Shown here: positions 20,507 through 29,852 of the stretch, piece after piece | Numbering within the stretch: the first letter of the stretch is position 1 | Layout: each line of letters opens with the position of its first letter | Source: Candidatus Hodarchaeota archaeon | GTDB taxonomy: Archaea > Asgardarchaeota > Heimdallarchaeia > Hodarchaeales > Hodarchaeaceae | Direction of reading: 5' to 3' | DNA length: 64,000 nt | Assembly: GCA_016839815.1 (NCBI GenBank) | Contig: JAEOTM010000047.1 | Coordinates: 32,001-96,000, forward strand | The notes under the pieces: generated by a model | Seen by the model: only the letters and a program-made list of their open reading frames with translations | Databases searched by the model: none | Told to the model about the DNA's origin: nothing | Translations under genes and position numbers: made by a program

Positions 20507-21283
20507 ATGCGTATTCAATTAGTTTTAAACGTATGGGAGAGTAAAGCGTTCATTGCGAAGGCAATAATGAATCATCCTGACATTCAGGAGTATTTAGCAA
20601 CTGGTACTATTGCAATCGGAAGAGGTATAACTAATGCATTTATTTTACGCGAATTTCTAAGCGCTACAGAAAATTCAGATTTTGATATTGATATAGATAA
20701 TTATGTTGCTGGAGTAATTGATGGATCGTTATGGGTTTCGCACCCAGATACACGCACACCCGAAGTTGTATTTCGTCAAGGAAAGCCCAGTATAGAACCA
20801 ATTGCTCAATCAGTAGAATCATGTGACCTGATAATTAAGGGGGGAAATGCATTAGGTTCCGACTGGGTAGCAGGAGTCTTATGTGCACATCCACAAGGAG
20901 GAACAATAGGCTCTGTATATTCAATAGCCCTTTCAAGAGGCATTAAGATACTTGTACCAATATCTATCCAAAAAACAATTCCGCTAGCTATTACTGAAAT
21001 AATATCAGAACTTGGTGGACAGAATAATATTGATTATGCGAGGGGATTGCCAGTAAGTTTGTTTCCAATTATAGGGGGTGAAATATTCTCGGAAATTGAA
21101 GCGATAGATACGGTAGCAACAGTAAATGCCTATCCAATTGCTGCGGGAGGGGTATATGAGGGTGCAGGATCGTCTGTATTTGAGATTTCTGGTCCAGATA
21201 CTGAAGTAGAAAAGGTCAAGAAATTATTCAATAAGATAAAAGATACTAAACCATTAAATGTGAATCTAAAACCCCATTCATAA
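20507..21283 (+). CDS. Conserved hypothetical protein (possibly NagB/RpiA/CoA-transferase-like fold)
   Basis: GRGITNAFI, IIKGGNAL, GGTIG, AAGGV.EG.GS. Operonic between the MBL and GH130 genes. Confidence 0.6.
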   Translation: MRIQLVLNVWESKAFIAKAIMNHPDIQEYLATGTIAIGRGITNAFILREFLSATENSDFDIDIDNYVAGVIDGSLWVSHPDTRTPEVVFRQGKPSIEPIAQSVESCDLIIKGGNALGSDWVAGVLCAHPQGGTIGSVYSIALSRGIKILVPISIQKTIPLAITEIISELGGQNNIDYARGLPVSLFPIIGGEIFSEIEAIDTVATVNAYPIAAGGVYEGAGSSVFEISGPDTEVEKVKKLFNKIKDTKPLNVNLKPHS

Positions 21284-21298
21284 AGAAGTGAACAATGG

Positions 21299-22237
21299 AT
21301 GAAGAAATACTCCTACGTTACCCGATATGAAAAAAATCCGATTTTAACTAAGGAAGACATTCCATATCAAGTTGAAACCGTTCATAATGCAGGAGTTACT
21401 AAATATAATGGTAAGTATATTATGATCTTTAGATCCCACTTAAGGACTGGAAGATCAATCATAGGGTTAGCTGAAAGTAAAAACGGTTTTGATTTCGATG
21501 TAAGCGAAGATCCGTTTATGATTCCTTCTCAACAACCTTTTTTCAAAGATTACGAAGAATATGGTGTTGAAGATCCAAGAATTTCTCAAATTGGAGATGA
21601 ATACTACATCACATACTCTGCCTACTCGAAATTTGGTGTTAGAATTGGATTAGCTAAAACTCAGGATTTTCAATCAGTGGAACGAATAGCATTTATAACA
21701 CAATCAGATTACAGAAATACTGTTATTTTTCCAGAGATAATTAATAATGAATACATTAAACTAGATAGACCTCATTCTGATATTAGTCCTTGGAGTATTT
21801 GGATAAGTTACTCCCCCGATTTAATTCACTGGGGGAAATCTAAAGTTATTATGAAACCAGTAATTTATCACTGGGATGAGATGAAAATAGGAGCAGGAGC
21901 CCCTCCAATAAAAACAAAAAAAGGATGGTTAAATATTTATCATGGTGTATTTCCAACAATGGACGGTTCAATCTATCGATTAGGGGTGGCTTTACATGAT
22001 TTGAAAGATCCTTCAAAATTACTCGGAATCAGTGATGAATGGATTTTACAACCAGAAGATCCGTGGGAAGTCACAGGGTATGTTCATAATGTAGTTTTTA
22101 GTTGTGGGGCAGTTCCTGAACCCAATGGAGAAGTAAAGATTTATTGGGGAGGAGCAGATACAGTTATGTGCGTTGGGACTGCGAAAATTGACGCATTGGT
22201 TAATTTATGTCTTTCTAAATCACGTGATCCCTACTAG
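21299..22237 (+). CDS. GH130 beta-mannoside phosphorylase/glycosidase
   Basis: RYEKNPIL, HNAGV, YGVEDPRI, RNTVIFPE, KIGAGAPP, YHGV, GYVHNVVFSCG, YWGGAD. Confidence 0.92.
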   Translation: MKKYSYVTRYEKNPILTKEDIPYQVETVHNAGVTKYNGKYIMIFRSHLRTGRSIIGLAESKNGFDFDVSEDPFMIPSQQPFFKDYEEYGVEDPRISQIGDEYYITYSAYSKFGVRIGLAKTQDFQSVERIAFITQSDYRNTVIFPEIINNEYIKLDRPHSDISPWSIWISYSPDLIHWGKSKVIMKPVIYHWDEMKIGAGAPPIKTKKGWLNIYHGVFPTMDGSIYRLGVALHDLKDPSKLLGISDEWILQPEDPWEVTGYVHNVVFSCGAVPEPNGEVKIYWGGADTVMCVGTAKIDALVNLCLSKSRDPY

Positions 22238-22241
22238 ATAC

Positions 22242-22922
22242 TTAACAGAATCTAGAGAGATCTAATTCAGAAAAAGAATCTATTATAAGATCTGCCTCTT
22301 CAAGTTTTTTTCTAGGAAAAGAAGTTGTTATTGCAATGACATGCATTCCTGCTTGATTTGCAGCACTAATACCATGAGGGGCGTCTTCAATTGCGACACA
22401 TTCTGAAGGAGAAACATTAAGCTTTTCCGCAGCATTCAAGAAAATATCGGGAAAAGGTTTACTCCGTATACCAGGTTCAGCTCCTGCAATAGAATCAAAT
22501 TCATTTTCTAGAGATACTTGTTGAAGATTAAAGGTTATTTTCTTAAGTGTACCAGAAGAAGCTACTCCAATTTTCCATTTAAGATCACGAGCTTGCTTAA
22601 TAATCAGATCAATACCCGAGACTCTTTTTAACTTATTTTCTGCTATTTCTAAGTATACTTCGTCTTTCAATCTCATCAGATATTGGATTTTTTCTTCAGT
22701 ACCACTTAAATTAAATGTTTTGAAGTAATAATCTACTGAAGCTCTTGAAGTACCCCCCAAAATTTCCTCGTAATTCGTCCCAATATCCACACCATATTCC
22801 TGCTCAAATACGATATTCCATGCCCCGCAACTTAATGGTTCTGAATCTACAATTACTCCATCACAATCTAGAATTAATGCCTTTATGGGTTTATCAAAAC
22901 TAGAGGAAAGGTGGTTTCTCAT
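22242..22922 (-). CDS. HAD-IA phosphatase / beta-phosphoglucomutase-like
   Basis: DCDGVIVDSE, VASSG, KPFPDIF, IEDAPHGI. Confidence 0.9.
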   Translation of the reverse strand: MRNHLSSSFDKPIKALILDCDGVIVDSEPLSCGAWNIVFEQEYGVDIGTNYEEILGGTSRASVDYYFKTFNLSGTEEKIQYLMRLKDEVYLEIAENKLKRVSGIDLIIKQARDLKWKIGVASSGTLKKITFNLQQVSLENEFDSIAGAEPGIRSKPFPDIFLNAAEKLNVSPSECVAIEDAPHGISAANQAGMHVIAITTSFPRKKLEEADLIIDSFSELDLSRFC

Positions 22923-22938
22923 GCAAATAGAAAATTAT

Positions 22939-24219
22939 TTAGAGATTCATTAATGCTGTGGTTATCCTTTCAAGAATCTCGGTAATTTGGTTTTCAGAAA
23001 TGATTAGGGGAGGTAGGAATTTGCTTGTGGCTTTATGATTTCCGCAATAATCACAAAATACCCCATTTCTTACAGAACTTAATACAAAATAGAGTGAGGT
23101 AAAATCATCAATGAATTCGACTCCCCACATTAGGCCTCTTCCTCTCACATCCACTATTTTATCAGAAAAGTCATTTTTTAGCTTATTTAGACCTTGACCA
23201 AATAGTTTTCCGACATTCTCCACATGGGCTAAGAATGACGGGGTTGATATAATATCCAACATTTTTCGAGTAATATAACATCCTAATTCCGATCCTCCTG
23301 TCGTACTGATATGTAAAAATGGATCTTCCTCAAATACTGACTCTAATTCAGGGATGTAACTAGTTGTTGACAAAGGATAAACTCCTGAACTCATCCCTTT
23401 TGCTAGCACCATAATATCAGGGACAACCTGTTCCTTATCGTATAGGCCCCCATAGATTCCCCACATCTTCCCTGTCCTTCCCAGCCCTGTTTGTACTTCA
23501 TCAGCAATCATTACGACATTTTTATCATCACAAAGCTCACGAACTTCCCGAAAATAGCCTTCAGGAGGAATTAAAATTCCTCCAGTTGCAGGAATGGTTT
23601 CAAAGAGTACACATGCAGTTTCTTCATCCATAACTTCCCTTAGTGCATTTATATCTGCAAATGGAACCTGTAAAAAGTCAGGTGAATCCCAGAAGAATGG
23701 ATCCTTAAAACTTGGGGCACATGCTCCAAGAGCAAATCCTGTTACTCCGTGATAAGCCCTTTTTGCCGAAATTATCTTTTTTCGCTTTGTAAATGCCCTT
23801 GAAAGTTTAATCGCTAGATCGATTGCTTCACCACCTCCCACAGAAAACATAGTTTTCGAGATTCTACCAGGTAAGAGATCAGCTAGTTGTTTAGCCAATA
23901 GAGCTCGTTGTTCGCTCAATAAGTGATGATCCCCTATATCAAGACCTAGATTTAAACCTTCTTTTAATGCAGCATTAATCTCGGGATGATGGTGTCCCAA
24001 ATTAAAGACACCTCCACTCGTATGACAATCTATCAATTCTAAGGGGCCATTACCATCCTCTCCCTCAAGCATATGTATTTTAATTCCTTCTCGTTTAGCT
24101 TGAATCAATCCTAAGCCAATTTGAGTGAAAAAAGAAGCCTTCGGCTCTGATACATACTTCGCATACAAATCTACCAATGATTTTTGATCTTTGGTTCCAA
24201 AAACCTTTTTCTGATGCAT
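22939..24219 (-). CDS. Class III PLP aminotransferase (putrescine/ornithine-type)
   Basis: GGVFNLGH, GGEAIDLAIK, YHG, DEVQTGLGRTG, LAKGMSSG. Confidence 0.9.
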   Translation of the reverse strand: MHQKKVFGTKDQKSLVDLYAKYVSEPKASFFTQIGLGLIQAKREGIKIHMLEGEDGNGPLELIDCHTSGGVFNLGHHHPEINAALKEGLNLGLDIGDHHLLSEQRALLAKQLADLLPGRISKTMFSVGGGEAIDLAIKLSRAFTKRKKIISAKRAYHGVTGFALGACAPSFKDPFFWDSPDFLQVPFADINALREVMDEETACVLFETIPATGGILIPPEGYFREVRELCDDKNVVMIADEVQTGLGRTGKMWGIYGGLYDKEQVVPDIMVLAKGMSSGVYPLSTTSYIPELESVFEEDPFLHISTTGGSELGCYITRKMLDIISTPSFLAHVENVGKLFGQGLNKLKNDFSDKIVDVRGRGLMWGVEFIDDFTSLYFVLSSVRNGVFCDYCGNHKATSKFLPPLIISENQITEILERITTALMNL

Positions 24220-24272
24220 AGAACTTTACTTCGTGACCTCCAAATAAAAATCTATTGAAGTCAATGATGAGC

Positions 24273-25232
24273 CTAGAAATAGGTAGCCAATAGGGTTGGG
24301 GAGTACAATAATCCAAAAATAACTGCCCCCCCACCACTAGTAATCATAATAGTTCTGTATAATAACAAAGCACCTTCTTGATCCTGTCTTCTTAATAAAT
24401 TGAAAACAGCAACGATTTCAATTATACCCAGTAAAAAAGGAGTCCAATTCGCGATTAAAAGGTTATTATTCATTAAATAAATGTTTAAAAGTACCAATAG
24501 CAATACTCGAACAAGTACCACTCCTGCAGTTAATTTTATTGCTTTGGATCTCCCAAGAAACACAACTGTTGTCTTATCCCCAACCGTTTGATCGGTTTCA
24601 ATGTCTATCAACATTGTAGGTAGATGTATTCCCATAACTAGTATAAAATTAAGTAGAATACCAAGGCCAACTAAGTCCAACTCAACAAATGTAGTTGGAC
24701 CTAGTAATCCAACGTATATGGGAATAAAAACCCCGATTATTACGAGTGTATCTAAGATATCCAAGATAGGACGAGATTTTAATTTGAAGGGAGGAACTGA
24801 ATATAAAACTGAACCAATTATTCCAATTAAGCAGGCTAAAATTAATAAGAGAATTTTAGAGACCGTTCTGCTATTCGGAACTAGTAAAAGATTGAAAGGA
24901 ACTAATAAGATCCAGATCAGTATAGTCCATGAAAGTATCTGCACTTTTTGTAGTGGATTTGATTCACCAAGAGGATTTCGGAGAGATAAACCACGTGGAT
25001 TTATAGAATCGCTTTCTCGATCATAATATCCATTTAAGCTGAAATGACCTAAACTGAAGAGAAAAATGGATAGAGAACTGGAGATCAATGAGTTAACTGG
25101 AAGTCGATATAAGAGAGCGATCATAAGGGCTACTTGGGAAAAAATAAATCCCCATTCAGGGCGGGATACCAATAAAAGATACCAAGAATATTCTTTGACT
25201 CTAACTAATCGATTCGTTTCTGATTTCATCAA
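24273..25232 (-). CDS. UbiA-family prenyltransferase
   Basis: LNGYYDRESD, YSVPPFKLK, DIETDQTVGDKT; multiple TMs. Confidence 0.85.
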   Translation of the reverse strand: MMKSETNRLVRVKEYSWYLLLVSRPEWGFIFSQVALMIALLYRLPVNSLISSSLSIFLFSLGHFSLNGYYDRESDSINPRGLSLRNPLGESNPLQKVQILSWTILIWILLVPFNLLLVPNSRTVSKILLLILACLIGIIGSVLYSVPPFKLKSRPILDILDTLVIIGVFIPIYVGLLGPTTFVELDLVGLGILLNFILVMGIHLPTMLIDIETDQTVGDKTTVVFLGRSKAIKLTAGVVLVRVLLLVLLNIYLMNNNLLIANWTPFLLGIIEIVAVFNLLRRQDQEGALLLYRTIMITSGGGAVIFGLLYSPTLLATYF

Positions 25233-25328
25233 ATAATTCTGGAAAGATTTTCTTTAAATTTAATATTGCTAATCAATGAAAGTTCAAAAGATAATCGTAA
25301 GATATCATTTTGTGGCCAGACACAAATA

Positions 25329-25388
25329 TTTATAATGTCATACATGTTTATCTTGTCATACCGTCATACAAGTCAAAGCGATGACTTG
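25329..25388 (+). promoter_or_regulatory. TATA box followed by an operator-like GTCA half-site array
   Basis: TTTATAA 25329-25335; GTCATAC at 25337, 25355 and 25363; inverted repeat CAAGTCA-N6-TGACTTG 25369-25388. Confidence 0.55.
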
Positions 25389-25409
25389 AAAAACCGATTG
25401 GTGAAAAAA

Positions 25410-25949
25410 ATGTCAGAATACGATGATTGGTCAGATAAGGAAATAAGCGACTTGAAAAAGATGAAAAATGTAACGATACGTGGAATCGACTCGGAAATCT
25501 ATGATGAATTCTCTTCTTCCATTAAGTCCCTCAAAATGAACATTGGAGAAGCTATCACGCAGATGATGCAAGATGTAATGGAAGATTTTGGTGAGACATT
25601 TCCTAATTTGACCGCTAAAGGATCACTAGGTAAAATGAGGAAAGATCGCATTTCCATTAATGCTCTTGATACCTTGAGAGTATCCAAGAAGGATTTGGAA
25701 GAAGCAGGTGCAGAAATCAGATTTTCTCACGTAACCAAATTAATCTTTGAACCTGATGTGGATTTAACTACCTTTAACAAGTATGTTCGAGGAATTTCGC
25801 ATTGTGATTATGTAAAAATTCCCGCTTTTCTTCCAAAGCTTGTTTTATTGTCGAAAACTCAGTATTGTGGTAAAGTTGAATCATATCCCGTGGAAGAATC
25901 TGCTAAAATGACCGCAAAGTCGTTTCATGACTCATATGAAGAAGAATAA
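25410..25949 (+). CDS. Hypothetical protein with an N-terminal ribbon-helix-helix-like segment
   Basis: The track ORF starts at 25266, but ATG 25410 follows a GGTGA SD. KNVTIRGIDSEIYDEF..MNIGEAITQMM. Paralog of the next gene. Confidence 0.7.
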   Translation: MSEYDDWSDKEISDLKKMKNVTIRGIDSEIYDEFSSSIKSLKMNIGEAITQMMQDVMEDFGETFPNLTAKGSLGKMRKDRISINALDTLRVSKKDLEEAGAEIRFSHVTKLIFEPDVDLTTFNKYVRGISHCDYVKIPAFLPKLVLLSKTQYCGKVESYPVEESAKMTAKSFHDSYEEE

Positions 25950-25969
25950 GAGAAATTCTCCTCAGAGAG

Positions 25970-26704
25970 GTGATTGAAACGACTGTAGAGATTATAAATC
26001 CTAGCCAGCTTAAAACTTCATTATCACACCAAATATTTAAACTAACTGAGAATCTTAAAGCCGAGAATATCTCGTATGAAGAAATATTAGATCTCTTTCG
26101 GAATATCATTAAGGAGAGGGAGTTTTTAATTTCAGAGATAGATAATTTGAAATCCATCCTACAGACATATGAGTCAGTAATGCAAGTTAAATCTAATCCT
26201 TTGGTAATTACTTTATCAGAAATTGAAGAAAACTTGTACAATGATTTTGAAAGTTTGTCAAGCAAACTTGGTAGAAGTGATGGGGAAATTTTAAACATTT
26301 TGATGGAACTTTTTCTTGCGCGTAATGAGAAATATGCGTTTCCTAAGCTAACTGCGTCTGAACTAGTGGGAAGAGTAAAAGGAACTATTTCAACGGTGAG
26401 AATTCGAAATCATCGATTTTTGAGAATTTCTGACCAAGACCTAGAGAATTTGGATGGAAAGATAGATTTCGATAATATTAAGACCATTATCCTTGATGTT
26501 ACTCCAGAGAATTTCGTTAAGTATGTCAATTCAATAAAAAGGTGTGCAGAGGTTCATGTTTCCACCACAATATCGAAGTTGATGGTATATGCGCGAACTA
26601 GTGAATGTCAAGAAATACACTTCATTCCTCCTCAATCAGAGAATTGTCTGGAATATGCAAAAGAGGCAAATCAGGTTGTAGAAGAATGGAATAGTTACAA
26701 ATGA
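25970..26704 (+). CDS. Paralog of the upstream RHH-like protein with an extra N-terminal coiled coil
   Basis: VITLSEIEENLYNDF..GEILNILM..FPKLTA..LRISDQDL..FVKYVNSI..C aligns by eye with the previous ORF. Confidence 0.7.
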   Translation: MIETTVEIINPSQLKTSLSHQIFKLTENLKAENISYEEILDLFRNIIKEREFLISEIDNLKSILQTYESVMQVKSNPLVITLSEIEENLYNDFESLSSKLGRSDGEILNILMELFLARNEKYAFPKLTASELVGRVKGTISTVRIRNHRFLRISDQDLENLDGKIDFDNIKTIILDVTPENFVKYVNSIKRCAEVHVSTTISKLMVYARTSECQEIHFIPPQSENCLEYAKEANQVVEEWNSYK

Positions 26705-26770
26705 TCTATTTTTCCTTAAACCACCTTTACCATCCTGATTTACACTATGTAGGGCCCATATATTATCTGA

Positions 26771-27988
26771 TCAAAATGCTGTCATAATCAAGTAACCTGC
26801 AAGTGGTAAAATCAGAAGAGGGACTATTCCAATTAATAATCTCATTATTGATATTCTCTTCGTATCCATATCTGCGTTGTATTTTTCTAATGGCTTAAAT
26901 CCTCGTCCAGTCATTTTATATTTGTTGTCGATAAGAATTGTCAGACTTGGTTGCTGGAAGAAAGAAATTCTATCAAATAATACATTTTCAAGTTCCTGAA
27001 TTAATCCTTCAAATTTAATTTGTGCAGCGGATAAATCACTAATAAGAGATTCATGGGGAGTATTTTTTAGTTCATCAAGAGTGATTTCTTTTGCTTCGAT
27101 TAATTCTTTCAAAGAAGTATCAATCTCCACATTACCCCCTTGGTACTTAAATATCCCAGATGCTCTCCAGTATTTGAACTCGTACTTTTGGGCTTGGAAT
27201 TCTCCAAAATAACCTTCACCACCGCAAGAAGAACATTTTTGTTTTCCTGTTCCTTGACATGATGTGCAGGTTCTCTGTCCTGATCCACTACATGATATAC
27301 ATCGTTCTCTTCTCGTTTCAGATGTCTTCTTAGCATAGTTATATTGAGTTCGTGTTACTGAACCACTACCACCACAACTAGTGCATCGACTCTTTCCAGT
27401 AGAACTACACATTGAACAGTGTGACTTTCCTTGTCCACCACAACGCATACAAGACTGTTTCTTTAACGTACCAGCCACAGGATAGATTTTTGTGCTTTTC
27501 TCAAATGTTGTTGGAAAATCTACGTTAATAGGTTCTGAAAAAAACTGTTGCTTTTGTGCTTCAGAATAACCCATTTTCTTAGATATGGTAGAAACTTTGT
27601 AAAATTCAGCTTCTCCTCTTGCTTCAAATAATAGTGCTCCTTCATCCGCAGTCCATTTCAAGCTCTTCAGGGGAGGAGTAGATCGTAATAAACCCCTTAT
27701 TCCTCTCTGATGACTCCACCACCAAAAATTAATCAGATCGTCTGTATCTAGAGGTATTTCCGAAGCAGGATGATCGAGAATCTCTGGACGTTTTATGGGA
27801 CGAATTTTGGCATAAAAAAGAAATATTACTAAATAGATACCAATAGCTATACCCGAATATATTAACAAATGTGTGTCTATTTGAAAATCTTGGTTGATTA
27901 CACCGTCATAAAGCCAAAACGTAAGCACTCCCTCTAAAATAATTAGGATCGCTCCAAAGAAAATTACAGAATATATTTTTTTCATCAT
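26771..27988 (-). CDS. Membrane protein with six DnaJ-type CxxCxGxG zinc-finger motifs and no J-domain (SSUH2-like)
   Basis: CMRCGGQG, CSMCSSTG, CTSCGGSG, CISCSGSG, CTSCQGTG, CSSCGGEG; two N-terminal TMs and one C-terminal TM; no J-domain. Confidence 0.75.
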   Translation of the reverse strand: MMKKIYSVIFFGAILIILEGVLTFWLYDGVINQDFQIDTHLLIYSGIAIGIYLVIFLFYAKIRPIKRPEILDHPASEIPLDTDDLINFWWWSHQRGIRGLLRSTPPLKSLKWTADEGALLFEARGEAEFYKVSTISKKMGYSEAQKQQFFSEPINVDFPTTFEKSTKIYPVAGTLKKQSCMRCGGQGKSHCSMCSSTGKSRCTSCGGSGSVTRTQYNYAKKTSETRRERCISCSGSGQRTCTSCQGTGKQKCSSCGGEGYFGEFQAQKYEFKYWRASGIFKYQGGNVEIDTSLKELIEAKEITLDELKNTPHESLISDLSAAQIKFEGLIQELENVLFDRISFFQQPSLTILIDNKYKMTGRGFKPLEKYNADMDTKRISIMRLLIGIVPLLILPLAGYLIMTAF

Positions 27989-28204
27989 TTACAACATCAT
28001 TGTACGAGAATTTTCATAACGTACAATTCCTTTTAGCAGTCAATGAATCTTAAAAAAACTTTCTATGGAAATTCATTGGGTTCTTTAGTTAGAGAATCTA
28101 CTATTTATCCTTAGTTCAAAGAAGATTAGTGAAGAATATTCCAAAAATTACCTCCAACTAAAAGTATAAAAATAAAAATGTAAGAAAATTACATAATCAT
28201 TTTA

Positions 28205-28873
28205 TTGGTGAGAAAGAAAATGAAATTTGGTCCAACCTCCTTTTCGCATGATACAGAGCTTACTGAACCCATTACCTCTTTTGGTCCTTTAGTTGCTCGT
28301 GGAAACCTATATGCTCCTAAAATTTCAACTAATGGGCCCTGTTCAATTGGTGAAAACTTAGAAATCGGTGAAGCATTAAAAGTGAATGGGCCCCTAGTTA
28401 TTAAGGGTTCATTTACTTGTCATAAAGATGCTTCGGCCAAAGTAAATGGTCCTGTTACAATAAATGGCGGAGTAATTGGTGGAAAAATAAAAATAAATGG
28501 ACCCATGAAGTCACGTTATGTAGAAGTTAGCTCTCTTAAGGTAAATGGACCAGTAAACATTACAGAAGATATCATTGCTAAAGATAGTGTTGTACTTGGT
28601 GTGGGAAGGTCGAGTAAAAGTCGAGAGAATCAATCTGTAGAAGTGGGAGGAGTCATTGATGCTCCTCACATTCGGATTACAAATTATTCATCGATGTTTT
28701 CACCGGCGAAAATCATCAAAAAAGTAATCGGATTGAAGGATAAGTTTGAGAGAGTCCTAGTTCTGGAAGACCTCAAATTTAAAGCTAAAACTCTTGAATT
28801 AGAGGGAATTGAACTTGAGAATTGTGATACTTCAGAAGTTGATGAGATAATCAAACTCCATTCTACTAAATAA
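28205..28873 (+). CDS. Bactofilin-like (polymer-forming) beta-helical repeat protein
   Basis: Repeats of about 15-19 aa: SFGP, STNGP, KVNGP, KVNGP, KINGP, KVNGP. Confidence 0.65.
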   Translation: MVRKKMKFGPTSFSHDTELTEPITSFGPLVARGNLYAPKISTNGPCSIGENLEIGEALKVNGPLVIKGSFTCHKDASAKVNGPVTINGGVIGGKIKINGPMKSRYVEVSSLKVNGPVNITEDIIAKDSVVLGVGRSSKSRENQSVEVGGVIDAPHIRITNYSSMFSPAKIIKKVIGLKDKFERVLVLEDLKFKAKTLELEGIELENCDTSEVDEIIKLHSTK

Positions 28874-28939
28874 GGGGAAATACTTACCCTGTAGTCTGCA
28901 ATTACATCCAAATCTTTCGAAGATTAACCGTAATTCAAT

Positions 28940-29842
28940 GTGGTCCACAACGTGAATACACCGTCCTCGCAAAAAACGTTTTTTCAAATGGTTCGAGGTC
29001 TTTTTATCCTAGGTAGACCAGTAGATGGAATTATAATTGGGTGTACCGCTGTTCTAGGAATGATAGTTGGCTTACACTCTGTTCCGTCTACATTTCAAAT
29101 AGTTCTCGGAATTTTGTGCGGTATTTTACTCCTCGCAGGAATGGATACCTTCAATGATTACCTGGATATCGAAATAGATAGTATGTCCAAACCATGGCGA
29201 CCACTACCAGCTGGAATTGTAGATCGTCAATTAGCATTACTAGCTGCGATCGTAGAAACCATAAGTGCATTTATTCTAGGTTATATCCTTTTTAACTATC
29301 AAGCAATTGTAATTGGTTTGGTAGCTGTTATCCTGGCGGTTGTATACTCAAAATGGTTAAAACCCATTTTCCTAGCAAAAAATGTTATAGTAGCATTTAG
29401 TTTATCCTTAACATTTCTAGGAGGGGCTTTAGCAGTAAATTCTACCCCAGTGATAGACAATACATTTCTTTTACTACAATCTCTTGTCTTTCTTACAGCG
29501 TTTACTTTTGAAATCCACAAAGATCTAGGAGATCTAGCTGGTGATAAAGATCATGATGTGACAACATTCCCAATTCGATTTGGAATGAGCAATACCGTTT
29601 GGTTTATTAACCTCTGTTATACCTTAGCATGGTGTATTGCTTTGTTATTCATATTCATTCTTGAAATAGATCTTTTTTATCTTATTATTGTTATGATAAC
29701 AGCAATATTATTGGCATTAGTGATGTATTTATTAATTAAAAATCCTGTAAAGTATATCGAATTGACTAGAAGAATCACAACCCTAGTAATGGGATTTATC
29801 CTACTTGGTTTAGCTCATATCTCATTATTGACTTATTCTTAA
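28940..29842 (+). CDS. UbiA prenyltransferase, digeranylgeranylglyceryl-phosphate synthase-like
   Basis: FNDYLDIEIDSMSKPWRPLPAG, YSKWLK..KN, EIHKDLGDLAGD..TFPIRFG. Confidence 0.8.
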   Translation: MVHNVNTPSSQKTFFQMVRGLFILGRPVDGIIIGCTAVLGMIVGLHSVPSTFQIVLGILCGILLLAGMDTFNDYLDIEIDSMSKPWRPLPAGIVDRQLALLAAIVETISAFILGYILFNYQAIVIGLVAVILAVVYSKWLKPIFLAKNVIVAFSLSLTFLGGALAVNSTPVIDNTFLLLQSLVFLTAFTFEIHKDLGDLAGDKDHDVTTFPIRFGMSNTVWFINLCYTLAWCIALLFIFILEIDLFYLIIVMITAILLALVMYLLIKNPVKYIELTRRITTLVMGFILLGLAHISLLTYS

Positions 29843-29852
29843 CGTAAATTGC

